Source: Promethearchaeota archaeon (lineage in GTDB: Archaea; Asgardarchaeota; Lokiarchaeia; Sigyniarchaeales; SOKP01). From it: 64,000 nucleotides of DNA. The translations under genes and the position numbers were made by a program. The stretch lies in assembly GCA_016840085.1 (NCBI GenBank), contig JAEOTA010000056.1:35717-99716 (forward strand). The letters are read 5' to 3'. Below the pieces are notes generated by a model. The model was not told where the DNA came from. It worked only from the letters and a program-made list of their open reading frames with translations, and did not search any database. Shown one piece after another: positions 41,174-51,030 of this stretch; position 1 is the stretch's first letter, and each line of letters begins with the position of its first letter.

Positions 41174-42019
41174 ATGAGAGAAGAGAAAAATATGTCTGAA
41201 GAAATTAAATATTTATCTGAGGATAATAAAGTTTTCATAAAAAAATATAGTGGAGTTATCTTTATAGGGTCAATACTCGTTTTATTCGTAGTCTTAGCCC
41301 TTTTTAATATTAATTTTGGGCAATGGCTTGCGGACACCATTATGTGGTTTTATAGGAATTACGGAGTATTTGGGATTTATCTTGGAGTTTTTGTCATAAG
41401 TATTTTTGGAAATTTCACAGTAATTTTTCCTGTACCATATGTAATTGCTCTTATTGTGATTTCTGCTGTCATTGGTACTGTTAATCCAATTATGCTGGGT
41501 CTCTTTGGAGCTCTTGGAGCGAGTATCGGTGAAGTATCTGCCTGGTTAATTGGACGGGGATCCCAAAAAATGTTTGGAAATTCGGAGAGCATTGAACGCA
41601 TGAAAAGATATGTGGAGTTAGGTTGGGCTCCAGTTTTAATTTTTATATTTGCAGCAACACCGCTTCCTGATGATGCTTTTCTAATTGTTTTAGGAATTAC
41701 TGGCTACAGTATCATAAAAACATTAATATTTACATTTATTGGAAAGTTCGTTCTTTGCTTTATATGCAGTGCCCTCCCACTTTGGTTTGCAGATACGGCC
41801 TTTGGAAATTTTCTATTTAATTTATTCGGAATTAATCTTGAAGCTGCTAAAACTGGAGTTATTCCGCCTAGTTCCCCTTTAGAAATTTTAAGAAGTTCAT
41901 TAGTGTGGGCAGCAACAATAATTATTATGTTCTTGTTGGTATATGTTGATTGGGGAAAAATTCTAAAAAAGAAAAAAAAAGATTCGAATAATTTCAGCGA
42001 GGAAATTCAAAATCAATAA
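41174..42019 (+). CDS. DedA/VTT (SNARE-associated; VMP1/TMEM41-like) membrane protein
   Basis: FPVPY, GASIGEVSAWLIGRG, FAATPLPDD, F.GK. Confidence 0.88.
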   Translation: MREEKNMSEEIKYLSEDNKVFIKKYSGVIFIGSILVLFVVLALFNINFGQWLADTIMWFYRNYGVFGIYLGVFVISIFGNFTVIFPVPYVIALIVISAVIGTVNPIMLGLFGALGASIGEVSAWLIGRGSQKMFGNSESIERMKRYVELGWAPVLIFIFAATPLPDDAFLIVLGITGYSIIKTLIFTFIGKFVLCFICSALPLWFADTAFGNFLFNLFGINLEAAKTGVIPPSSPLEILRSSLVWAATIIIMFLLVYVDWGKILKKKKKDSNNFSEEIQNQ

Positions 42020-42169
42020 AGGAGAATTAAAACATCAAAATTTTTTTTAAAATATCTAGTGAAAAAGTAATAAGTTAAAAATTATGATTATTATAGGTTA
42101 TTTATTATATTGAGACAATTTCGATTTTAAATCTCTTTAATCAATATTAAAAATTAGAGAAGACCCACT

Positions 42170-45085
42170 ATGAAATCTATAGAAGAAAATTTTTATAATC
42201 TTGGTCTAGAGCAGATTTACAAAAAATTAAAGACCGATCCTGATAAAGGTCTAACTGAAAAAGAAAGCATAAAGCGTTTAGAAGAATTTGGTTTAAATGA
42301 AGTTCCAAAAGTATCTAAAGGGTTCATCAAGATTTATTTAGCACCTTTATTTAATTGGTTAATCGTTATATATCTTATAGGGGCTTTAATACTATTTTTA
42401 GCAGCTATTTTTGGTGGAGAGGGTAATCTAATGTTTATTCTTTTAACTTTATTTATTGTCTTTCTAAATTGTATAGTTGCAATTATTCAACAGTATAGAG
42501 CAACTAAAAAATTGAAAGCACTAAGAGAATTATCAGCACCCACTTCCACGTTGATCAGAGATGGGCAGAAAAAAGAAATTCTGACTAAGGAAATTGTTGT
42601 GGGCGATTTATTAGTTTTAAATCAAGGTGATAAAATACCCGCAGATGCGAGAATAATCGAATCTAACAACCTAGTAGTAAATGAGGCTTCACTAACAGGA
42701 GAAAGTGAGCCTGTGAGAAAGGATGAAAAGGGAGACAAATTGGATAAAAAGGATATTACTATTGGGCAACGGAGCAATATGGTATTCTATGGTACTTATA
42801 TAACAACGGGAAATGGCAAATCAATTATTGTTAAAACAGGAGGAGAAACTGAAATCGGAAAGATCTCACATGGCTTAGAGGAAGCTGGAACCAGTGAAAT
42901 TCCTATTAGAAAAAAAATGAACAATTTTGGGAAGTGGTTAGGACTAATTATTTTTGGTTTCTGGTTTATAATATTATTAATTCTTTGGGCTGTAAGAGGA
43001 GAAGCCGATGTTGTCGAAAGTTTGAATTCTGCGCTCGATCTTATGCCAATTAATTTACCTTTACTCACAACTATTGTTTTGATTACAGGGGTTGTAGCTA
43101 TGGCACATCATGGTGTTATAATAAGAAATCTGGCGTCCGTTGATAGTTTAGGGAGAGTAAGTATAGTATGTTCAGATAAAACTGGTACATTAACCAAAAA
43201 TCAAATGGCAATTCAACATGTTTGGACAAATGGTTCAGTTTTTAGAGTTACGGGTAGTGGGTATTCTCCTGAAGGAGCAATTATTTTAATGGATGATCCA
43301 AAAAATCCTGTCTATGTAAAACATATTGATGATTATCCTCATCTTAAATTATTACTCACTACGGGATTTTTAAATAATAATTCTGCATTAGTAAAAAATG
43401 AGATTGAAATTTCTGGTAAGGCAATTCCTAAATGGAATGTTATTGGATCGCCAACAGAAGGAGCTTTAATGGTGTTATTTCAAAAGGGAATGGGAGATTA
43501 TCTATTAGATGATTATAAATCTGTAAAAGAATATCCTTTTGATTCTTCAGTGAAAAGAATGACTAAAGTCTATGAAAAAGATCTCTCTTACTTTTCATTT
43601 ACAAAAGGAGCAAGTGAAGTTTTAATTCCATTATGTTCAAAAATAATATACAATGATGTTGAAGTTGATTTTAGCGAAGAAATTAAAACTAAAGTTATGG
43701 AGATCGTAAATCTTTACGCTAATCAAGGATATAGAATATTGAGTTTATGTAATAAAAAAATGGAATTCATGCCACCTAAAGGAGAGGAAGGAAGAGAAGT
43801 TAGTGAGTCAGACTTAGTATTTATTGGTTTTGTAACAATATTGGATCCTCCAAGAGAAGGAGTCAAAGAATCTGTAGAACAATGTCATGAAGCAGGTGTA
43901 GATGTTGTAATGATTACTGGCGATTCTCCTTCAACAGCTCGAGCAATTGCAACTCAGATCGGTGTCGTATCAGATGAGAATGATATAGCAATTGAAGGAA
44001 AAGATATTAAAAATTTCAAATCGTATGATGAGTTTAGAAAAATCAAGGTATTTGCTCGTGTTTCTCCAGAACATAAGGAAGATATAGTTGAGAAATATCA
44101 AGAACAGAAAAAAGTAGTAGCTATGACAGGTGATGGTGTTAACGATGCATTGGCATTAAATATGGCCGATGCGGGTGTAGCTATGGGAATAATGGGAACA
44201 GATGTTGCTAAAGAGGCATCTGATATGGTAATCTCAGATGATTCATTTAACTCAATTGTAACCGGCATTCATCATGGAAGGGGGATTTTTGCTAGAATTC
44301 GCGCAATAGTATTTTTTTATATAGTTACAAATGTATTCGAAGGAATAGTTCAATTTATATTAGCTATTATTTTAGATTTACCTTATTTTTTAGATGACGC
44401 ATTTTATTTACAATGGATCTTCTTATCAATAACTCTACATGTATTTCCCGGTTTAATACTTACTTTTGATACTACTTCTAAAGAGGTTATGGAAGAGAAA
44501 CCTCGTGATTCAGAAGAAATTCTTTCAAAAAACATTATTGCACTTCTTTTTGTGTTTGGAATTTTATTAGCAATTAGTATGATTATTGTTTATTTTACTA
44601 CTATTAGAGGTCTATACCCAGTTTTCCCTGAAAATTGGAATTTTGGTGGCTTAAATGAAGCTTATCTTTATTCTCCAGAAACTGAATCATTATGGCTTGA
44701 TATACTTCGTAATTTTTATCCAAATGCAACAGATCTGGAACTATTACAATATGGAAAAACGCTTACAATGATGATGGTTACATTATTTTTCTGTGAGTCG
44801 TTTTTAGTTTTTCAAATTAGACGCCCTAATAAATCTCTTATTAGAAGTTTGATTGAAGATAGTAATAAAAGAATGTACTTGATAATTGGCTTTCTTTTTA
44901 TAGTATTCCTTATGTTAATGTATATCCCTGGAGTTCAAGTTGGCTTAGCATCTGTTGGAATTAATTTTATGTTTATGTTTCTAACGGGTCTAGATTGGTT
45001 AATATGCTTTTTGATTTCACTAATCTGTATCGTTTCATTTGAGATTGTCAAATTTGTAGCACGTAGATATGGGATAAAATTTTAA
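42170..45085 (+). CDS. P-type ATPase (P2-like scaffold, atypical TM motifs), paralogue
   Basis: LTGES, CSDKTGT, KGASE, DPPR, TGDGVND; TM4 reads MPINLP. Confidence 0.95.
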   Translation: MKSIEENFYNLGLEQIYKKLKTDPDKGLTEKESIKRLEEFGLNEVPKVSKGFIKIYLAPLFNWLIVIYLIGALILFLAAIFGGEGNLMFILLTLFIVFLNCIVAIIQQYRATKKLKALRELSAPTSTLIRDGQKKEILTKEIVVGDLLVLNQGDKIPADARIIESNNLVVNEASLTGESEPVRKDEKGDKLDKKDITIGQRSNMVFYGTYITTGNGKSIIVKTGGETEIGKISHGLEEAGTSEIPIRKKMNNFGKWLGLIIFGFWFIILLILWAVRGEADVVESLNSALDLMPINLPLLTTIVLITGVVAMAHHGVIIRNLASVDSLGRVSIVCSDKTGTLTKNQMAIQHVWTNGSVFRVTGSGYSPEGAIILMDDPKNPVYVKHIDDYPHLKLLLTTGFLNNNSALVKNEIEISGKAIPKWNVIGSPTEGALMVLFQKGMGDYLLDDYKSVKEYPFDSSVKRMTKVYEKDLSYFSFTKGASEVLIPLCSKIIYNDVEVDFSEEIKTKVMEIVNLYANQGYRILSLCNKKMEFMPPKGEEGREVSESDLVFIGFVTILDPPREGVKESVEQCHEAGVDVVMITGDSPSTARAIATQIGVVSDENDIAIEGKDIKNFKSYDEFRKIKVFARVSPEHKEDIVEKYQEQKKVVAMTGDGVNDALALNMADAGVAMGIMGTDVAKEASDMVISDDSFNSIVTGIHHGRGIFARIRAIVFFYIVTNVFEGIVQFILAIILDLPYFLDDAFYLQWIFLSITLHVFPGLILTFDTTSKEVMEEKPRDSEEILSKNIIALLFVFGILLAISMIIVYFTTIRGLYPVFPENWNFGGLNEAYLYSPETESLWLDILRNFYPNATDLELLQYGKTLTMMMVTLFFCESFLVFQIRRPNKSLIRSLIEDSNKRMYLIIGFLFIVFLMLMYIPGVQVGLASVGINFMFMFLTGLDWLICFLISLICIVSFEIVKFVARRYGIKF

Positions 45086-45163
45086 ATAACATATTCTTTT
45101 TCGCTTTTTTTACTGTCCTTTATTTTAATTAATTTTTTATAGAAAAGCCGATTTGTATCTTTT

Positions 45164-45709
45164 ATGTTAAAGGGAAATAAAATAAAACTTGGACCTGTTA
45201 AGAGAGAATATATTGATTATTATATAAAATGGATGAACGACCCGGAACTCACCCAATATCTCATGATGTATCGTCCTCTAACAAGAGAAATGGAAGAAGA
45301 ATGGTTTAATAGTCTAAAAAATCGTGAAAATTTCTTTATTTTTGCAATTTTATTATTTAACCAAGATGAAAATGAGAAACTTCTTGGAAATTGTTCAATA
45401 GACGTTGATTGGAAAAACCGTATAGGAACTTGTGGAATTGTGATAGGAGAAAAAGAATATCACAGCAAAGGGTATGGAACAGAAGCAATGAAGTTGCTTG
45501 TTGATTATGGGTTTAATACACTTAATCTTAATAGAATACAACTTGAAACGTTTAGTTTCAATAAACGTGCTTTAAAATCATATCAAAAAGTTGGTTTTAA
45601 AGAGGAGGGAACTCGACGACAAGCTATATATGTGAACGGTGAATACTACGATGCCATTATGTTGGGAATCCTTAAAAATGAATGGCAGAAAATAAAATCC
45701 GAATCTTAA
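45164..45709 (+). CDS. GNAT acetyltransferase (RimJ/RimL family)
   Basis: SKGYGTEAM, N.RA...YQKVGFKEEG. Confidence 0.92.
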   Translation: MLKGNKIKLGPVKREYIDYYIKWMNDPELTQYLMMYRPLTREMEEEWFNSLKNRENFFIFAILLFNQDENEKLLGNCSIDVDWKNRIGTCGIVIGEKEYHSKGYGTEAMKLLVDYGFNTLNLNRIQLETFSFNKRALKSYQKVGFKEEGTRRQAIYVNGEYYDAIMLGILKNEWQKIKSES

Positions 45710-45839
45710 AAATTGCTATTTTCTTAGTTTTTTAGACCTTCATTTTCCTTTTAATAATTCATAATATAATACAACAAAATTTAAATTTCAATTTAATTAC
45801 TTCAAAATATCGTAACTTATTTAGAATAATAATATTAAA

Positions 45840-46955
45840 ATGACAGATATTAAATTTGGAACTAACCTATATTATTCTCAAAATTGGGATCTTCTTAAAA
45901 AGAAGGTTGTAACTGCTAGCCAAGAAAATTGGGATTCTATCTGGCTTCCAGATCACTTAAGTGGTATTCCGGGTAGTGCTATAGACGATTTTTTTTGTCT
46001 GTGGCCTGTATTTGGCGCAATTTCTGAATTAGCTAAGGGAAAGATTTTAGGCTCTGCTGTAACTGATCCTTACAGATTGCATCCGGCGTCTTTGGCTCAA
46101 ATGGCAGCAACACTTAACCACATGACTGGCGGTAATTTTATTTTAGGGATAGGCGCGGGGGAAGGAATGAATTTAAAGGCATATAACATACCATTTAACC
46201 ATGCTGTTACTAAAATGAGTGAATCTATAAGACTAATGAAGGAATTTTGGGATAAAGGAAAGGGTATAACTTTTAATGGGAAATATTACCAAACTAAGAA
46301 TGCCGTTATGCTCCCCAAGCCAATAACAAAAATACCTGTGTGGGTAGCCGGAAATGGACCTAAAACTTTAAGGCTTACAGCTGAACTTGCTGATGGTTGG
46401 ATGCCTTTAGGTGCATTTCCGGATTTATATAAAGATAATCGGAATAAAATTTTTGATATCATGAAAAAAGAAGGAAGAGATCCAATTAATTTCACTTTTG
46501 GATATTTTGCACGAATTTTCATAAATGACGATGAGGATAAGTTAAAGTCTTTTTATAATGGTATAAAGGCTGGTTTAAGTATACAACCAAGAACATTAAA
46601 GAAATTAGGATATTGGAAAGATGAATTTGAACAAATATTCCAAGAGGCTACCGGCTTTAGTAGTGATGAAATGAGTCTATTGGTATATGATAGAGAAGAT
46701 GTTGCAAAGTTTAATTATAAAAAATTAGCTCCATTAGCAGAACAAATTCCTGATAAATTAATTAGAGAAAGTGGTATGATCGGTACTAAGGAAGATATTA
46801 TAAAAAAGATCCAGAAATTTGTTGACGCGGGTGCGCAGCATTTCATTTTCGAGCTTCAACATGGAGTATCAAGTAGAAATGCCCCTTTTACTTATTTTGA
46901 TGTAACTAAAATTATAAGTGAAGAAATTATCCCGATATTTAAAGATTCTAAGTAA
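45840..46955 (+). CDS. LLM-class flavin/F420-dependent oxidoreductase
   Basis: DSIWLPDH, LGIGAGE, WVAGNGPK, ADGW. Confidence 0.9.
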   Translation: MTDIKFGTNLYYSQNWDLLKKKVVTASQENWDSIWLPDHLSGIPGSAIDDFFCLWPVFGAISELAKGKILGSAVTDPYRLHPASLAQMAATLNHMTGGNFILGIGAGEGMNLKAYNIPFNHAVTKMSESIRLMKEFWDKGKGITFNGKYYQTKNAVMLPKPITKIPVWVAGNGPKTLRLTAELADGWMPLGAFPDLYKDNRNKIFDIMKKEGRDPINFTFGYFARIFINDDEDKLKSFYNGIKAGLSIQPRTLKKLGYWKDEFEQIFQEATGFSSDEMSLLVYDREDVAKFNYKKLAPLAEQIPDKLIRESGMIGTKEDIIKKIQKFVDAGAQHFIFELQHGVSSRNAPFTYFDVTKIISEEIIPIFKDSK

Positions 46956-47054
46956 TGATTTTTTGTTTTTTATTTTTTCTTAACTATTCTTCATAACAAA
47001 TTAATTTTTAAGAGATATCCATAATAGAACAAAAAAAAGAAAATTAGGATAAAA

Positions 47055-48104
47055 TTATTTCTCTAATTCTTCAAAATAGGGTATTATTTTATCTCGAAAT
47101 ATCTCATAAACTTTATTTGGATCAGGTCCCCTATTCATGATACTTAGGTGGGTTATTCCAGCTACTTTATATTTTTCTATACTCTCAATAACATCATCAG
47201 TTGTACCTATACAGTTGAAATCTTGGAGAATTGTTTCAGGTAATCGATTTAAGTGACTGAAAACATCTAAAGCAACATTGCTGTCCATACCAAAATCATG
47301 CACGCTCATCCCTTCAGGTAAATTTAAACCAGGGTATGCTTCATTAGTAATCCAAGAATTTAGTAAATATGAAGTCTTAAAAAATTCACATCTTTTTTCA
47401 GCATTTTCAGGATTATCGTCATCTATGGCTACAAAACAATCATATACATAATCTATCTCATCTGGATCTCGACCAGCTTTTTTTGCCGTATCCTTAACTT
47501 CATTTATATTCTTTTTAATTACCCATGGTGGTTGATAAAGCGGATACCATCCATCTCCTAATTCTCCTGTTATTTGACGTGTTTTTGGCCCATTAGCAGC
47601 GATATAAATGGGTGGACTCTTCTGAATAGGGCTTATTTCAATGAAGGCATTTTTTATTTCTCCCCAGAAATCACTTTGATGGTTGATTCGTTTCTCAGTC
47701 CAAAACTTTCTCAATAAGATAATATATTCACGCAATTTTGAAACAGATCTCTTTCGACTTAACCCATACATGTCAATATTCATTGCCTCACCGGCTCCAA
47801 GTCCTATCATAGCTCTTCCATTAGAAATTTGATCTAATGTAGCTACTTTATGTGCCATTAATGCGGGATGAAAGCGATGGCAATCAGAGACACCAGTGCA
47901 TAATTTTACCTTTTTGGTTATCATTGCTAAAGCTGTTAAAAAGCAATACGCATCATAGCAAGTTCCTGTACCTTTTTGTGGCGACATTGTTGTATGATCT
48001 GCATAAAAAACTCCGAAAAAACCACTTTCCTCAGCCTTTTTAGTTCCTTCAAACATAAATTCTAGACGAGGGGTTGGAACGGGTATATGAAAACTAAATC
48101 TCAT
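47055..48104 (-). CDS. LLM-class flavin/F420-dependent oxidoreductase
   Basis: YADH, ATLDQISNGR, GLGAGE, YIAANGPK, GDGW. Confidence 0.9.
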   Translation of the reverse strand: MRFSFHIPVPTPRLEFMFEGTKKAEESGFFGVFYADHTTMSPQKGTGTCYDAYCFLTALAMITKKVKLCTGVSDCHRFHPALMAHKVATLDQISNGRAMIGLGAGEAMNIDMYGLSRKRSVSKLREYIILLRKFWTEKRINHQSDFWGEIKNAFIEISPIQKSPPIYIAANGPKTRQITGELGDGWYPLYQPPWVIKKNINEVKDTAKKAGRDPDEIDYVYDCFVAIDDDNPENAEKRCEFFKTSYLLNSWITNEAYPGLNLPEGMSVHDFGMDSNVALDVFSHLNRLPETILQDFNCIGTTDDVIESIEKYKVAGITHLSIMNRGPDPNKVYEIFRDKIIPYFEELEK

Positions 48105-48263
48105 TATAAATCAATCTCCTCTATTATTTGTCATTCTATTTCAGAAATTTTAGTCTAAAACTATTTTTTATTTAATTTATTTTAATAATTGTAGAAATTC
48201 TATAGGTTTATAAAATTTTTAGAATTTCTTTATAGTGTTCATAAAATATACTAAAGTGATAAG

Positions 48264-49385
48264 ATGGATCTTGATATAAAAATCGGAACAGAGGGAACAT
48301 TTATACCTCCCTTTGATAGAGGCATTGAAACTGTTAAAAGAATCGAAGCTACTGGCTATGATTCAGTGTGGTTTGCAGATCATCTAATGGGTTGGATTCC
48401 CGAATCAATCTGGACTCCTGATCTCATTCAAATGTCAACAATTCAGAATAGTCCTCATGATTTTTATGATGTTTATTCTGTGATGGCAATTGCAGCTTGG
48501 AGTACCCAAAATATTAAACTCGGTACTAGTGTTACTGAACCATTTAGGAGACACCCAGCTGTTCTTGCTCAAACCTTTTTAACATTGGATCAAGCATCAA
48601 AAGGACGAGCTATTCTTGGTATTGGAACAGGAGAAGGGGAAAATGTTATTCCTTATGGTATAAAATGGGAAAAACCTGTTAGTAGACTAGAGGAAGCAAT
48701 TAAAATAATTAAACTTCTTTGGAAAAATGAAGGAAAAGTTAGTTTTGACGGGGAATTTTGGAAATTAAAAAATGCTGTGATTTCTATAAAACCTTATAGA
48801 GAAGGCAAATTTCCTCCAATATGGGTCGCAGCACATGGACCCAAGATGTGCGAATTGACCGGTAGATTAGCAGATGGATGGTTACCAACGAACTTCAATA
48901 TTTCGACTTATAAAGAAAAGCTTGATATTATTCGAAATTCTGCTAAAAAAGCAGGGAGAAATCCAGAGGATATTACTCCTGGTCTCTGGCATAATATAAT
49001 TATTGATGAGGATCATAGTGAATGTGATAGATTATTAGAAACTGCATTTGTGAAAAACTATAGTCTTCTTCAATCAAATGAATATTTTAAACAATTTGGA
49101 ATTTCACATCCCCTTGGCGAGGATTTTTATGGTCTTCTTGAATATATTCCTACACAATATACTCGAGAAACAATGCTTGAAGCTTTTGGGAAAATTCCAT
49201 CAAAATTATGCGAGGAAACTTTTTTACATGGTACCCCAGATGAGATTATATCTAAAATTGAAGATTATGCAAGGGTTGGGTTAAAGCATATCGTCTTATA
49301 TAACATGACCTATTCTTGTGATATAAGCAAGATAAAAAGTTCATTCGGGTGTGTGAAGAAGGTTTTACAGTATTTTAAAGGTTAA
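48264..49385 (+). CDS. LLM-class flavin/F420-dependent oxidoreductase
   Basis: DSVWFADH, TLDQASKGR, GIGTGE, WVAAHGPK, ADGW. Confidence 0.9.
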   Translation: MDLDIKIGTEGTFIPPFDRGIETVKRIEATGYDSVWFADHLMGWIPESIWTPDLIQMSTIQNSPHDFYDVYSVMAIAAWSTQNIKLGTSVTEPFRRHPAVLAQTFLTLDQASKGRAILGIGTGEGENVIPYGIKWEKPVSRLEEAIKIIKLLWKNEGKVSFDGEFWKLKNAVISIKPYREGKFPPIWVAAHGPKMCELTGRLADGWLPTNFNISTYKEKLDIIRNSAKKAGRNPEDITPGLWHNIIIDEDHSECDRLLETAFVKNYSLLQSNEYFKQFGISHPLGEDFYGLLEYIPTQYTRETMLEAFGKIPSKLCEETFLHGTPDEIISKIEDYARVGLKHIVLYNMTYSCDISKIKSSFGCVKKVLQYFKG

Positions 49386-49471
49386 AGTCTTTAAAATTTT
49401 AAATTTTTTTTACTAATAAATCTCCTTTTTAAAAATATAATTAAAAAATAAGTAAGTTTAAATAATAAAAA

Positions 49472-50821
49472 TTAATTAATCTGAAAGAATTTCTCTTCAA
49501 ACTCAGGTTTACCTTTATATTTTCGCATTAAGAAACCTGCTCCTTTATCCATATTTTTAAATATCATTGGATTTATTTCAATTCCAATTTGACTAAATGC
49601 TTTTCTTACATCTTCCATAGATGGAGGACAACCTTTAATGGGGATCATCACATTGATATCTGGATGATCTTTATTTTTATCATATTGACACTTTCCAAGT
49701 AAGACTGTTTTATTCATTCCTGGAGTAGGTTCCATGATTTTACCATTTAAGACTTCTATATTATCAAAAGGCTCTCCCTTCCAAGCGTTTTTAATAAAAG
49801 TAAGTAATACCCCATTTATACCACTGCAATGAGTACATAAGCTAGCATCATATTTTTGATATTTTAAGCCTTTCACTCCAATTCTTTGAAAAGGAAGTGG
49901 AAGATCTCCTGCATCATTATATATAAAATCCCATTCATGATGTGAAGCTAATTCTTCTAAGTTTTCACCAACAATCGTAATATCAGATAAATCCATAGGT
50001 CTATGTCTATCTTTAGCTGCTTGTACTAAAAGGGGTACCTCAGAAGGCTCTATACCTAATAATTTTGTACCAACCATATCTGCTGATAACATATCAGTAG
50101 ATGCTACAAGAATATCTTTTCTATGGGCTTTTCCATCAATGGCAGGTCCTCGTTCAAGCGTATAGATACCATCAATAATAGTTAATACTTTTTTTAATTT
50201 GTTTGGTAAATGAGCGAGGTTGAAATGTAAATCTTTTATAGGATCAGCACTATGAATTTTTTTTCGAGATTCATTATGGGTTAAACCTAATAGATTCTTG
50301 AATCCTAGACTGGAAACTGCTTGCGCATGAGTTTTTAAAACTGGAATATCAATTACAACATCAGCTGCTAAAGCATCAGAACTGAAATCAACCTCAAAAT
50401 CACACCCTATATCAATTTTTTTAAATGGGCGTGTAAATGTGTTAATAAATTTTATATTATATTTTTTTTTAAGAAGATTGAATCCAAGTTTTTCAAACGC
50501 ATCTAATGCGAGATCATTGTCTTTTGTTTCGCCAATTCTAAATCCTTCACCAATCATAATATCGTTAATCCCTTGCTCTTTAAGTAGAATAATAGTATCT
50601 TCTATAACTCGGGAAGTAGTAATTACACCCCATTTTGGAAAGTTAGTGTGTTGATTCCAATAGACGATATTAGGTTTAATAAATACTTTGGTATCTTTTG
50701 TAATGCTTTCAAATAATTTTGATAATTCTACTACTTTACGAACAGATTCTAGAGGTTTTTCATATTTTACTATAGATACTATTGATTTATTTACATCTTT
50801 AGACTTCTTCATAATAAGCAT
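49472..50821 (-). CDS. DUF362 domain Fe-S protein
   Basis: VFIKPN, IPVLKTH, IIDG, CTHC, C-terminal GKC...KGCPP. Confidence 0.85.
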   Translation of the reverse strand: MLIMKKSKDVNKSIVSIVKYEKPLESVRKVVELSKLFESITKDTKVFIKPNIVYWNQHTNFPKWGVITTSRVIEDTIILLKEQGINDIMIGEGFRIGETKDNDLALDAFEKLGFNLLKKKYNIKFINTFTRPFKKIDIGCDFEVDFSSDALAADVVIDIPVLKTHAQAVSSLGFKNLLGLTHNESRKKIHSADPIKDLHFNLAHLPNKLKKVLTIIDGIYTLERGPAIDGKAHRKDILVASTDMLSADMVGTKLLGIEPSEVPLLVQAAKDRHRPMDLSDITIVGENLEELASHHEWDFIYNDAGDLPLPFQRIGVKGLKYQKYDASLCTHCSGINGVLLTFIKNAWKGEPFDNIEVLNGKIMEPTPGMNKTVLLGKCQYDKNKDHPDINVMIPIKGCPPSMEDVRKAFSQIGIEINPMIFKNMDKGAGFLMRKYKGKPEFEEKFFQIN

Positions 50822-50901
50822 TTCTTTAATATATTGTAAGATTGATATTATGTTATATTATGACTTTAATTAAGGATTTGTATTTCTTAAATATTCTTGA
50901 A

Positions 50902-50967
50902 ATGATAAATAAGATAATAAACTCTGGAAGACCTGAGTTTGAAGAGAAGTTCTTTCAAATAAACTAG
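50902..50967 (+). pseudogene. Micro-ORF / remnant encoding the C-terminus of a DUF362 paralogue
   Basis: MINKIINSGRPEFEEKFFQIN*; last 13 aa match the neighbour's GKPEFEEKFFQIN*. Confidence 0.7.
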
Positions 50968-51030
50968 TTTTTTCTTTCATCAAAATATTTATAAGTTTAT
51001 GTAGTCTAATTTTAATTTAACTTTTTAAAG

